A stretch of 64,000 bases of DNA from Trichoplax sp. H2 (taxonomy: Eukaryota). The translations under genes were made by a program, and so were the position numbers. The stretch is taken from contig NOWV01000028.1 in assembly GCA_003344405.1 (NCBI GenBank), positions 310,001-374,000 of the forward strand, written 5' to 3'. Positions 13,608 to 25,050 of the stretch are shown one piece after another (position 1 is the stretch's first letter; each line of letters opens with the position of its first letter). The notes beneath the pieces are model-generated. The model did not search any database. It was given only the letters and a program-made list of their open reading frames with translations, and was not told the DNA's origin.

Positions 13608-14780
13608 CTATGAATTGAATGATAGCGATCTTACTCGAGATAAACTATTCATTCGACCAATATAACGCAACCATTGAGGTGCATTACTTCTATAAGTATG
13701 ATTAAAGTAACCATAAATAACTGCATTGTAAGCAACACAAGAATAATTCAAAAGAATCAAAATGTTGGCCACATAGTAAAGCAAGTAAAAATTTCCAACG
13801 TAAATTAAGCCAAAATCCAATAAGACTAAGATCAAGTAATACGGTAGATTGCTAATCATAAACAAGACTAAACAAGCAACAAAAATTTTAACAATTCGTT
13901 TTCTAATTTTCAATCCATACTCGTTCAGAATTAATCTCTCAAATCGTCCATGAGTCGATCTTGTATTTGTTAATGTAATCGTGCGATCGTTACTTGGCAT
14001 AACTTGACACAATTTTCTAACAGTAATTATATATAATGTCGTCATAATGATAGCTGGCGTTAGGAAGATCAGAACAAGAAAAAGTAGCCATACAATCATT
14101 TTTGAGAATTCTAAATAATATACTATTTCATTGTCTGAATTAGTAACTTTGATATCTAAATGAGAATTTAGCGGCCAATTTAGGGAACAACGTTGAAATC
14201 CTTGAAAACTGTAAACACTTGTAAAGATTCCATATGGGATCCAAAACGAGATGGCAAAAAACCAACATAATGGTAAAAAGACGTAGACCTGAGCTCGATT
14301 TATCCTTAATTTTCGCTTCGTTGGATGTACAATCGAATTATATCGATCGATACAAATAGCTGTTAATGTAAACGATATCGAAGTTATACATGCTCCAGGT
14401 ATAATTTCGGCCATTTTGCATGCCGAAACAGTAAATGGGTAATGGAACAATGCCTGGATTGGATGTAATAATTCGTAAATTTTAATTGGTATCCGAATAC
14501 TTGCTATTAATAATCCAGAAATGGCCAGATTACAAACTAGTAGATTGATCGGTGTCTGCAGATTCCTGTTTGCCAAAGTAATCCATAAAATCAGTAAATT
14601 ACCGGGTATAGCTATCGTCATGACTACGACATATAAGATAGCAAGAATGAGGAAAACCGTTCGCATGGCTAGTTCGTCAGCATTAATTATCTCATCCTCT
14701 TTACCAAGAGTAGTTAGCGTGTTGTTAATTGAGCCATTGGAACTAGTACTCATGTCGATTCCTATTTTGGTAAGAGACAT
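13608..14780 (-). CDS. Rhodopsin-family GPCR, single exon, 390 aa (start may be the Met at 14753, matching the paralogues)
   Basis: Close paralogue of 9258-10394, with GN, DRY, SNLPYY and YNAVIY. Confidence 0.95.
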   Translation of the reverse strand: MSLTKIGIDMSTSSNGSINNTLTTLGKEDEIINADELAMRTVFLILAILYVVVMTIAIPGNLLILWITLANRNLQTPINLLVCNLAISGLLIASIRIPIKIYELLHPIQALFHYPFTVSACKMAEIIPGACITSISFTLTAICIDRYNSIVHPTKRKLRINRAQVYVFLPLCWFFAISFWIPYGIFTSVYSFQGFQRCSLNWPLNSHLDIKVTNSDNEIVYYLEFSKMIVWLLFLVLIFLTPAIIMTTLYIITVRKLCQVMPSNDRTITLTNTRSTHGRFERLILNEYGLKIRKRIVKIFVACLVLFMISNLPYYLILVLLDFGLIYVGNFYLLYYVANILILLNYSCVAYNAVIYGYFNHTYRSNAPQWLRYIGRMNSLSRVRSLSFNS

Positions 14781-17293
14781 TTAATTTACCATAATTTCAA
14801 TCTTTACAAGCTTTTAGATGATAAATAGATATGCAATATCGATATCAATCATAAATATAATCTTAAACTAGTATATGGATATCGATTTCTATAAACGAAT
14901 ACTTACTATTTGGCCTGGCTCGCTTCTTGAAAGATAATACTTATTTTTATTTTTATTATGCACGGCTAAGTCTCTTCTGCCCGGCTTTTTTTAAATTATG
15001 AACTAGAATTTTATCGATTTATAGAAGCAAATGCTTGCCTTTTGCCCTAGCACTCTTCTTGAAGGAAAATATTTGTTCTTATTATGCACGGTTAAATCTC
15101 TTCTGTTCAATCTTTGTTCGAAGCGTTTACTGGAACCTTGATGACTTTTATGAGATAATAAGAGCTACCGTAAAGCAAATTTGTCGCTGAGCTATTGAGT
15201 TATGCTGTGCAATAAAGGCCAATTGATTTGAGAAGGTAATCATGGGTTACTATACGCCCAATTTAAAGCGATATATTTAATTAACTATCCATAAATTAAC
15301 GTAGCTTAATTGCTATTAATTAATGTTATTTGTATTCTAATCATGACAATCAACTTGCTAATTAATATAGAGTATTATCTGTCAAACTGGCGACGTAAAT
15401 AAAAACAAGCTTGATCTCGAAAAGAGGAATATTGCTAAATCGGGTTGATAAATATCGAAGCTTAACATTCAACATTCACTACTATTACAAAAGATTTATT
15501 AAAATAATTTATACTAATTAAATTATGCTTAAATTGTTACAGACTATAGAAAGTAGGAGAGTTTTTAGATTTAAGCAAATATGAATTAAGAAATAAAATT
15601 AAATAAATGATTCGAGCAAAACAACTCACTTAATAATATTATATATCGTATATCAGAATAAATTGGTGTGCATAAATAATTTAAATTCCCTTATATTACT
15701 AACTAGCCTTCATTATAACCTTCATTATATAGTAGCTATTTTAAAGTAGGAATAAAAATATCCTAGTATCAGTTCAGAGGCCTAACTAAAGTATATTCCA
15801 ATGTTATAACTAAGTTCATTCTCGTTATAACGGATCAATCAATGCTAAATATGCGAAAATCGTTACAAATCTAAAATTTGTAACGATAAATAAGGAAAAA
15901 TATTTCATCAGAAACTAACAACTACGAGTCTACGGTCAGGTTTGTGCTCTCTGACATCTACCTACATTACAGTACGTCTCTAAATACTGACGACGATCTT
16001 CTATCATCAGGAAGAAATGGAAGCACCACTAATAATGGCTTTCTAAGACAAAACTGAACGGAAAATTTATTGAAAAATTAATCAATTTATAGTAAATTGA
16101 CATAAACATTAATTAATTATCAGTTTATTGATAACATTGTACAACTATACCTTTATCTATTGACTATATGTAAAACGTCATAGATTAATTAATATTAACA
16201 TACTCCTAGATAAGTAATCTTATGCAGGCCACGTTACGATAGCTAAGCAAAAGTTACTCCGTCTCAAGGACATAGATTACTTTGAAGGCAAATTCTTCAC
16301 TATGATCTAATTCAGTAGAGTTTAGTGGGTTATCTGAGAACATGATCTTACCATATAACTTTAAGTAATCTACTAAATAAACTATCTCGAAATCATATAC
16401 CTTTATTCATATTATAGAAGTTACTACACCTAGCCTTCATAACAAAATTACTAATTATCCAGTACAACTCGCCAGATTTGAGGCATTAATTCAACAATGT
16501 GAATTATTGTCCATAAAACGAACAGTATGAATGAAATCCCTTAATAGGAAGTAAAATTTTACGTTCAGCTTTTACTACCGAAACAAAATGATCAATGAGA
16601 AGCTTTTTCAGTTCAAATGAACTCAAGGTTACTGTCCATTTGATTTACAAATCAATCGATCGATTAGATAATGTTTCAAAATTGATTTAAAATGGCTCTA
16701 ACGCTTTAACAATATAGAATTTTTAGTGCAATTAGTACCCTATTGTCACAATTTCACTTCTGCGACAAGGTAACGTACAGTAAAAGTCTAAAAGTAGCTA
16801 CTGACTTAACACCCTTTTACTTAACGTTAAACACACACAGCAAAGGACTGTAAAGATGAAACTTTTATTAGCAAAGATACATCTACAACTTTTTTACCAC
16901 ACTCTCAATCAAATGTTCCCGTTTATATAGGAACCGTCTAATTTTTAAACAACAACAGTATTATTATTATACCCTACTAGGAGAAACATCTCAACTGAGA
17001 TGCTCCTTACATAGCTTTTCTATCAGTAAATATTTTGAACCTCTTACTCATACTTAATCTTAATCTAAGCTAGTAGGTTGTCTAATTCAACTATCATCAA
17101 CTAGAACTTGAATCATCCTACTGCTATCTATCACACAATAACAATCAATATCAAATATGTAATGAACTATTAAAAACAGCATCCACGTTAAGGCATTACT
17201 TATCTTACCTAGCACCACAAATATGGATATTCTCCATAATAGCTACTACTGTACTTATTAAACTATCCTAATGACAAGGCAACACCGTAACAC

Positions 17294-18427
17294 CTATGAC
17301 GACTGCTTTTTTCGAATTAAGCTACACACTGAGCTAATATAGCGCAACCATCGAGGAGCATTGCTTCTAAAGGTATAATTAAAGTAGCCGTAAATAATCG
17401 CGTTATAAGCAACACTAGTATAGTTTAAGAGAATTAAAATGTTGATGATACTATTAACTAGGTAATAATTGAAGCCTAGAATTAACTGAAACTCTATTAG
17501 CATAAAGATTAAATAATATGGTAGATTACTAGCGATAAACAAGGCGAGACATGCAATAAAAATTTTGATCACTCGTTTTTTTATTCTTAATCCAGAGCTA
17601 TACCGAGTTGATCGATCGCCACGTTCATTGGTGAATCTTGTACTCGTAGACGTAGGTGCATATTTAGAAATTGGTCCTGATCGCCATAACTTTTTTGCAG
17701 CAATGATGTATAATGTTGTCATGATGCCAGTTGGTATTAGGAAGATCAAAATCGTGAAAGATAGCCATAAATATAATTTTGAAACTGGAATATAGATATA
17801 GGGATGACCTGAATTAGTAATATTGAGATCTAAATCCGGATTTAACGGCCAGTCTGGGACACATACATTAAATCTTTGATTACCGATAGTAATAATCTTC
17901 ATATAATTTGCGTAAGGCGTCCAAAATGAGAAGGCAAACAACCAACATAATGGTAAAAAAATGTAAACTTTTATTAGATTCATTCTTCGTTTGTATTTTG
18001 TTGGATATACAATCGAATTATATCGATCAATGCAGATAGTTGTTAATGTAATCGATATCGATGTAATGCACCCTCCTGGTATAATTTGAAGCATTTTACA
18101 TACAGAGATATTAAATGGGTAAAAGAATAATGCCTGAATTGGATATAGCAGTTCATAAATTTTAATCGGTATCCGTATCCATACTATTAACAATCCGGCA
18201 ATGGCTAAATTACAAACCAATAGATTGATTGGCGTCCTCAGATGTTTGTTCATCATAGTAATCCATAAGATTAATAAGTTACCAGGAATAGCTACAATAC
18301 CGACGAACATATATATGACAGCAATGATGATGAAAACTACACGCATAGCTGGTTCACCAAAATTACTTATTCTAGCATCGGTGGTTGTTAGTGTGCTATT
18401 AATTGTATCATTAAAACTACCATTCAT
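17294..18427 (-). CDS. Rhodopsin-family GPCR, single exon, 377 aa, more diverged paralogue of the array
   Basis: Same motif set (PGN, NLAIAGLL, DRY, SNLPYY, YNAIIY). Confidence 0.95.
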   Translation of the reverse strand: MNGSFNDTINSTLTTTDARISNFGEPAMRVVFIIIAVIYMFVGIVAIPGNLLILWITMMNKHLRTPINLLVCNLAIAGLLIVWIRIPIKIYELLYPIQALFFYPFNISVCKMLQIIPGGCITSISITLTTICIDRYNSIVYPTKYKRRMNLIKVYIFLPLCWLFAFSFWTPYANYMKIITIGNQRFNVCVPDWPLNPDLDLNITNSGHPYIYIPVSKLYLWLSFTILIFLIPTGIMTTLYIIAAKKLWRSGPISKYAPTSTSTRFTNERGDRSTRYSSGLRIKKRVIKIFIACLALFIASNLPYYLIFMLIEFQLILGFNYYLVNSIINILILLNYTSVAYNAIIYGYFNYTFRSNAPRWLRYISSVCSLIRKKQSS

Positions 18428-20091
18428 ATTGGTATTTTAAGATAGACACGTCGGCAAAGAGACTTCACAAGCTGAAAGATACTTAATTTACTAGATAATT
18501 CCAACTTTCTAAAGCTTTTAAATTGCTATATATTATTTGATATTACGCGCGGACATAGTCAAGCTGCGATAAAACTTCAATTTTTCTTCCGATAACTATT
18601 TGGTTATTCTTTTTACCCGCAAGCTCTTTTTGCCAATTTATATATTTATTCGTGTTACAAAGTTTAGACTTTATTCCATTCAAAATTTTTCGCTAAGAGT
18701 ATCATCATTCTAGATTACAATTTCCGTAATAATAAAATGTGCCAGATTGAAACGATTAAGCAAGCTCTTCTTGTCAAGTTATATAATTTTCTTGTATTAC
18801 AAAATTTGAACTTTACTCCATCCAAATTTTCCGCGAAGAGTATCCTTCTGGATCACAACTTTCTCTTTAATGAAAATATACTGTATAGAAACGATAAATG
18901 ATGTTTTTTTAATTACTGTGTACATTACTATAAAGCCAACTGATTAGAAAAGAAGATTTTTAGTTTATAGTAATTATAGCTTCGACAATCTATTAAATTA
19001 AAGATCTCCAAACTGTAGGTCTTTACTTGTATTATTAAAATTGTTGTTGCTTAGTTAATTAATATATTGCCAGTAAAGAATAGGAGTAATTGCATCAAAA
19101 CGATGACGTAAACAGAAAGATGTTTGATATGGAATTGCGGAATACCATTGAAAATAACTTGATGAATATCAAAAATTCACATTCAATATCTTCTATTAAT
19201 TCAATAGGTTAATTAAAAACATTCGTAGTTCCTTTTCAGCTATAATTATGTTGTAAATTATTACAATACCTATAGGAAGTAAAAGACTTTGGGGTTCGAA
19301 CATGGTTGCTGAAATATAGGAAATTACTTTAAGCGCAATAGCGTTCTATAAATTCTCCTATATAATATAATAACGCAAATTGGTGCACCAGGTAGATAAT
19401 TCAATTTTTTTCTTTTTATTAAAAAAAGAAAAATATAATGCTGCATACTGTCTCACAAGTAACCGGTATTGATTTGTAATTAAGACAAGGTTGTAGTTGA
19501 GTAAAAACATGTAGTCTCCATATAATTTTATGTATAGTAGTAGAAGATACTAGTCATACTTGCAATTCACACAGTAATCCATCCAATTAATTCACTTTAA
19601 TACTAGATTACTGGGATTCTCTGATATTTACAACAGGCAGTAACAATATTTGGCTTTTTGTAGTTCATATTACTAAATCCAGATATTGTTCCAGCGAAAC
19701 CAAAATTATTATAAGTATTACGTAAATTAGTGAGATAGAAACCTTCATTGGCTGTAGAAATACGGTATGAAAGGTCATGTGGCAAGAAAAAGCAATAAAA
19801 AAGTAGCTAGCAATATTGCACCTATCGATTAGCTGATGCTACTAGATTCAAAATCGATTTCAATTGGTAACAAATTGTTAACCTGGAAGCAATAGCTGAA
19901 CAACTCTATTGGCTTTGTAGTTATGACCGGTTCCCGGTTGTATAATATGTCTCCAATATTCACACCAATTAATATGGAAGAAATTACTAATTTTCTGTTA
20001 TCAATCAACTCAATTTGAAATTGATCAGCCTATCATTTGTATCTTTATCCCATACTACGCTAATGTTGTTATATACCAACGAAATTCTACG

Positions 20092-20600
20092 CGAACTAAT
20101 ATAGTCATTATAAACTATCATGGATATCTACCTAGGGAACTACTAAAAATGATATACTTATATATATAGTTGAAAGCGATAAACTAAAGTAATTTGTAAC
20201 AGTATTTATTCCTATAACAGAGCCTATCCCTCACTTCACGACTAGAATAGCAACATATCACTGTAATTCTTGGCGGATAGATAATACAGTCATCATAAAC
20301 TATCATGAATATCTATTTAGGATACTACTAAAAAAGATATACTAACATTTATTTGGAAATGATAAACTAAAATAATTTGTAATCGGATTTTTTGCCGTAA
20401 TTGTACCTTATCCCTCATTTCACTGCTATTTTTATATTTCAAAGCAATTCTAAGCGAACAGCTAATATAGTCATCATAAAATATCATGAATATCTGTCTG
20501 GGGTACTACTAAAAAACAATATACTACTACTAAAAAACAATATCATCCTCGTAGTTGGAAATGATAAACTAAATCAACTTGTAAAAGCATTTTTGTTTGT
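20092..20600. repeat. Diverged tandem repeat, ~185 bp x3
   Basis: TAATA(T/C)AGTCAT(T/C)ATAAA.TATCATG.ATATCT...ACTACTAAAAA...GATAAACTAAA recurs at ~20097, ~20282 and ~20463. Confidence 0.8.
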
Positions 20601-21531
20601 AGTAAAACTATTTGGAAAAGTAATAAAATTATCGTGTAGTGTCTGAATCGAATATAAATTACAGCTGCTAATACAAATTAATGTAAGAGATTGTATGCGT
20701 TAGAGATCTTAACAAGAGATTATATATCAATCACAAAGTAAACAACCACGATGTTGCAGGTTCTTATTATAACAACAGACATACTTAAATCTAAAATATC
20801 TACCGCAATCGATTTGATGTTACTGTACTTAAAATAAATTAATTCAAAAAATAAAGTAATTACTCAAAGTTTGTCAACTCTTCCTCAAGTTTTTCTAGCA
20901 GTGTCACAAAACAGCTTTGCAACAAGATAACGCAATATACGATCAATAAGTCAATTCCTTGAACCACGTATCAAGGAACGATATCTGCACTATCACAAAC
21001 ACTTTTGCTCTACTAGCAGACTACACAAAGACTTAAACGCCTCGTATTTTACGTTAAACACCAAGTTTGAGAATTCTCTTTATTTCACGATATACTGCAT
21101 TTATACACTATTCCTCAATAGTTCATGAGTCATAGTTAATACAATTAACCTCGGAATCATTTACTGAATTAGATATTAAGTTTAGCTACTGCTCCCTTAA
21201 TGCAGACAACAGTATTTACGAATATAGACATGTAATGACTAATACAGAATAGTCAGATTACGATATGTCCTATCACGGAACATTTCCATGATAATTTACA
21301 ATCTACCATAAGTAAATTACAATCACAATGATTGGAACTGTAAGCAGATGATTTGCATTCCCTATTATAACTATTAATTTCAGTATGTGTATAAGTGTCA
21401 CTGTCATAAAAAGTCAGTGCTATATTAAAACACAGTATATCCAAACTAGAAGTTAACTAAATAAGGATAGTCTAACAGAATTATCCTAACATAGATATTT
21501 CTAATGTAATACAGTATTTAACACTGTAACA

Positions 21532-22150
21532 AGCAGCTTTAAGCCATAGCAGTATCTTCTTGCAATCACATTCTCATCAAGCCAGTTTAAAATTTTAATT
21601 CGTAAAACAAATTGATTCAAAAAATGAACTAATTGCTCAAAAGTTGTCAACTCTTCCTCAAGTTTTTTAGCAGCTTTATGCTATAGCTGTATCTTCTTGC
21701 AATCACATTTTCATCAAGCCAGTTTGAAATTTTTATTCGTAAAACAAATTGGTTCAAAAAATGAACTAATTACTCAAAAGTTGTCAATTTCTCCTCAAGT
21801 TTTTTAGCAGCTTTATGCTATAGCTGTATCTTCTGGCAATCACACTCACATCAAGTCAGTTTTTGCAATTTTAATTCGCAAAATAAATTGATTCAAAAAA
21901 ATAAACTAATTACTCAGAGATTGTCAACTCCTCAAGTTTTTCAGTAGCTTTATACCATAGCAGTACCTTCTTTCAATCACGTTCTCATCAAGCCATTTTT
22001 GCAATTTTAATTCGTAAAATAAAAGAGCTCAATAAAAACATACTAACTACTCAAAGCTTGTCAACTTCTTCCTTAGTTTTTTTAGCAATTTTATGCCATA
22101 ATTGCATCTTCTTGCAATTGTGTTCTCCTCAAGTCAGTTTTGTAACTTTA
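21532..22150. repeat. Tandem repeat, 137 bp x ~4.5, with a partial solo copy at ~20830-20900
   Basis: AG(C/T)AGCTTTA...TCTTCTTGCAATCAC...TTGTCAACTCTTCCTCAAGTTTTT units start at 21532, 21669, 21806, 21943 and ~22084. Confidence 0.92.
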
Positions 22151-23379
22151 TTCGGTGCCCTGTCAATTTCACTTCTGAGACAAGTTGAAATCCAAAACTT
22201 GATACCATAACCGATTAGAAAGCTTAACATTATTTTTATGCGTACCGATTAATCGGAATAAATTTTTTATCTAACGTAGACTATTTTAATCTGTGAGGTA
22301 AAAATTATTCCCAGTAAGACTTTATTCATAATGGATTAGAAAGCAATAAATAATGGTAGTTGCAATTGCAGAGTAATTATATTATTTCCTAGGAGAATTA
22401 GTCAGTTTCTCCAACCTTTTTGACCGAAAATATGCAATAACATCACACAGCAAAGAGTTTATTATCAATAATTAACTAAATAATCAGCTATAAATTACAT
22501 TCATGAACGAGAATCTATTAAGAAACTTTATTGCTGATGTAATTAAACTTGATTGGCAACTATTTTAATAATTCTAATTTAGTAATTAGACTAATTTCAT
22601 ACAATTATGGATATTAGTTGTTGCCTAGGCAAGGTAAGCAAGCAATTTTTTAATACTATTCTGTAATAGATAACTTAGTGTTAATGAAACACCTTTTAAT
22701 TAGTTTAAATAGATAATTTAGGATTAAAGAGACATTATTTATTAAAATCTGCTATCAATTAGTCGATAAGGCTGAATGATGACTGTAAATCATTGCAATT
22801 AAATAAATAGCGCTCCGATCACGGAAGATCTTGCTAAGAATGCTGCTACTTACTGCAAAGCGATTAATGGAAAAGAAAATTGGCGATTTCGAAAGTAGAG
22901 ATAGTAACACTTTCCTGTAGCCGATATTTTCGTCTTAGCATTCTATTAAGCACTAAATCATTTTATATTTTATTCGGTAAAATTTAACAAACTGTGTTGA
23001 TTTCATATTATGCTTGCTGTAGGCTGAAATTACAGTAAGTGATAGGATATTACATCACCAATTAAAATAATACGGTATTCCTATTGAAAAGTCTTTTGAG
23101 TAAATTTTTATTTACTGACCACTTTAAAATATTAGAAATTCTTGCCATATTCTTTGCAACACCAGATAACCTTGTAGTTAGTATGCGTTGGCAGATACGA
23201 AATTATTTGTGTTTTCATAACAGTAAAAATTGTAAGTAACGAACAAAATCTTGCCTTCCTCTACATAGCGAAATTAAATTCTATACAAGCTAATTCGTAA
23301 AAAATTGGAAAGCAGATTGATCATGATTTTGGTCCATACTAGATCATATTTGCGCTAATATTCAAGTTGTATATAAAAA

Positions 23380-23990
23380 TTGATGATGGGAAGATTAATT
23401 CAATGTGATGGTGATACTGAGCTTATTATATCATGTTGAAAATATACCTTCAATCTATGATCGGATATTCTTGGAATTTCGACTTTAAAAAATCCAATAT
23501 TAGTACCGACAGCAATAAATTAATACTAAATAAATCGATAGGCAAGGTAACTTTCAATTAGCATGATTTCTACTCGATACAGATGTGATTATCGTCAACT
23601 GGACGGAAATTTGAATTCAGTAGGATGGTTATATTGAGTATACTACATCTTACTGGAAACATATCTTCATTTATGGCCGGATGCTTATCGAATTTCTACT
23701 TTAAAAGTTTCAATACTACAGACGGCAGTAATAAAGCAATATCACATAACCGATAGGTAAGATAGCTTTCAATTAGCACCATTTTCTGTTTGATAGCGAT
23801 GAGATTATCGCCTCTTGGATAGGAAGTTTAATTCTAAATGCAGTTATAATCTGCATATTATATCACATTGAAGACACATTTATCAGTTATGGCCGGATGT
23901 TCATCGAATTTCCACTGTAAAAGTTTCAAAAGTAGTAATGAAAGCAATAAAGTAATATCAAGAAAATTGATAGTCACGGTAACTTTAATG
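23380..23990. repeat. Diverged tandem repeat, ~215 bp x3
   Basis: TATG(G/A)(C/T)CGGAT...GAATTTC.ACT.TAAAA...CTTTCAATTAGCA recurs. Confidence 0.75.
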
Positions 23991-25050
23991 GATCTGGCGA
24001 TGTTCTTTTCCTACTCACATTCTATTCATCAATAATCATTCTTGGTAATTTTTTTAACTCATTTTAAAAATTACCAGCTAGTACCAGTCGCGGATACTTG
24101 TAGGCTGGAAATTATTGTCTGCTTCCTTTATGAAAATCTCTTCGTTATACAAAGCCAAATCTTCTTCTAATCATAATGACTATTTACATAGGCTTACAGT
24201 TTTATAAGCACCATACTTATTACTGCAGATGGTGTCGATAGAACAGTTTCAGATATGAATCCTTTCGAATCTATAATATCTCAAATAATAACAGCTTTCA
24301 GTTAAAATCGTGTATTTTCGTTCACATTTATCGCCTGTACTGATATCAAAACATACGATTTAAGCTCAAATCTTTATGTATAGATCTATTATCAGCTTAT
24401 ATCTCGTAGAATTCATAAGTTAGCTCTTGCTATTACATGCGGAGTATGAACATTTATATTTTTTAATTAGCAATTTACCGATCATGGCTACTTTACAAAT
24501 ATGCGAAAGCATAACGCGCTATAATCATTTTTCACAATTTATACTTGAGATTTAGCATTTATAACTACTTTGGAAAATCAATTTACACCTAGATACCCTA
24601 ATTAAAATTTAAAATTTAAAAAAGACTTGGCTGATACTAGACTCTGTTACATACCATAATCAATTTTTCAAAATAATACCTACTATAAAACAAGATCATA
24701 TTTGAATTCCAGAGATTTTTATTGAAATTATCTAATCCAAAATTATGATAGTAAGCATAATTGGTGGTAGATCAAATGTACTTAATGGCACCATAACATA
24801 AGATATTAAAATGCTAGATAGATTGAAAAATAAAAGCGTCTTAAGTAAATTAGCTTGGTCATTATCTTCGATTCAGGATGGTAAGTGAGTGTCTTTGTTT
24901 CGTTGTTGTGGCTCAACTTCATGAACTTTTAACGATAAAAGCCGACTGTTAAAATTAGCAATCATAAAAGTTAATGATTATTAGCATAGTATAGCAAATC
25001 TCTGTTCGCTGGTTTATTTAAAAATCAAAATTACGCTAATATTAAGCATA
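23990..25050 (+). pseudogene. Heavily decayed single-exon class A GPCR pseudogene
   Basis: Collinear fragments across shifting frames: TM1 FYSSIIILGN (~24020-24050), TM3/ICL2 MVSIEQF..NPF (~24230-24268), TM5 IPEIFIEII*SKIMIV (~24706-24755), TM6-like CFVVVAQL, and TM7/helix 8 HSIAN..GLFKNQNY (~24985-25035). The ~1.05 kb span fits a GPCR. Confidence 0.5.

Larger units (their letters stand above)
8650..15700. repeat. Segmental tandem triplication (GPCR plus both flanks), units ~8650-11030, ~11030-12930, ~12930-15700
   Basis: Non-coding flanks align: 10400-11030 with 12100-12770 and 14780-15545; 8650-8860 with 11040-11282 and 12935-13175. Confidence 0.85.

Noticed and set aside
10138..18440. Plus-strand ORFs 10138-10383, 11898-12128, 14521-14784, 17565-17795 and 18201-18440
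   Set aside because: Antisense shadows of the GPCR coding strands; their mutual similarity follows from the paralogy.
20900..21360. Minus-strand hydrophobic fragments (LLTVPIIVIVI, SVLVITCLYS*IL) as another GPCR relic
   Set aside because: No diagnostic motif (GN, DRY, NPxxY) and unclear collinearity; too weak to call.
21532..22150. Regularly spaced repeats (also 47069-47421) as a CRISPR-like array
   Set aside because: The whole unit repeats with no unique spacers, no cas genes are present, and the context is eukaryotic.
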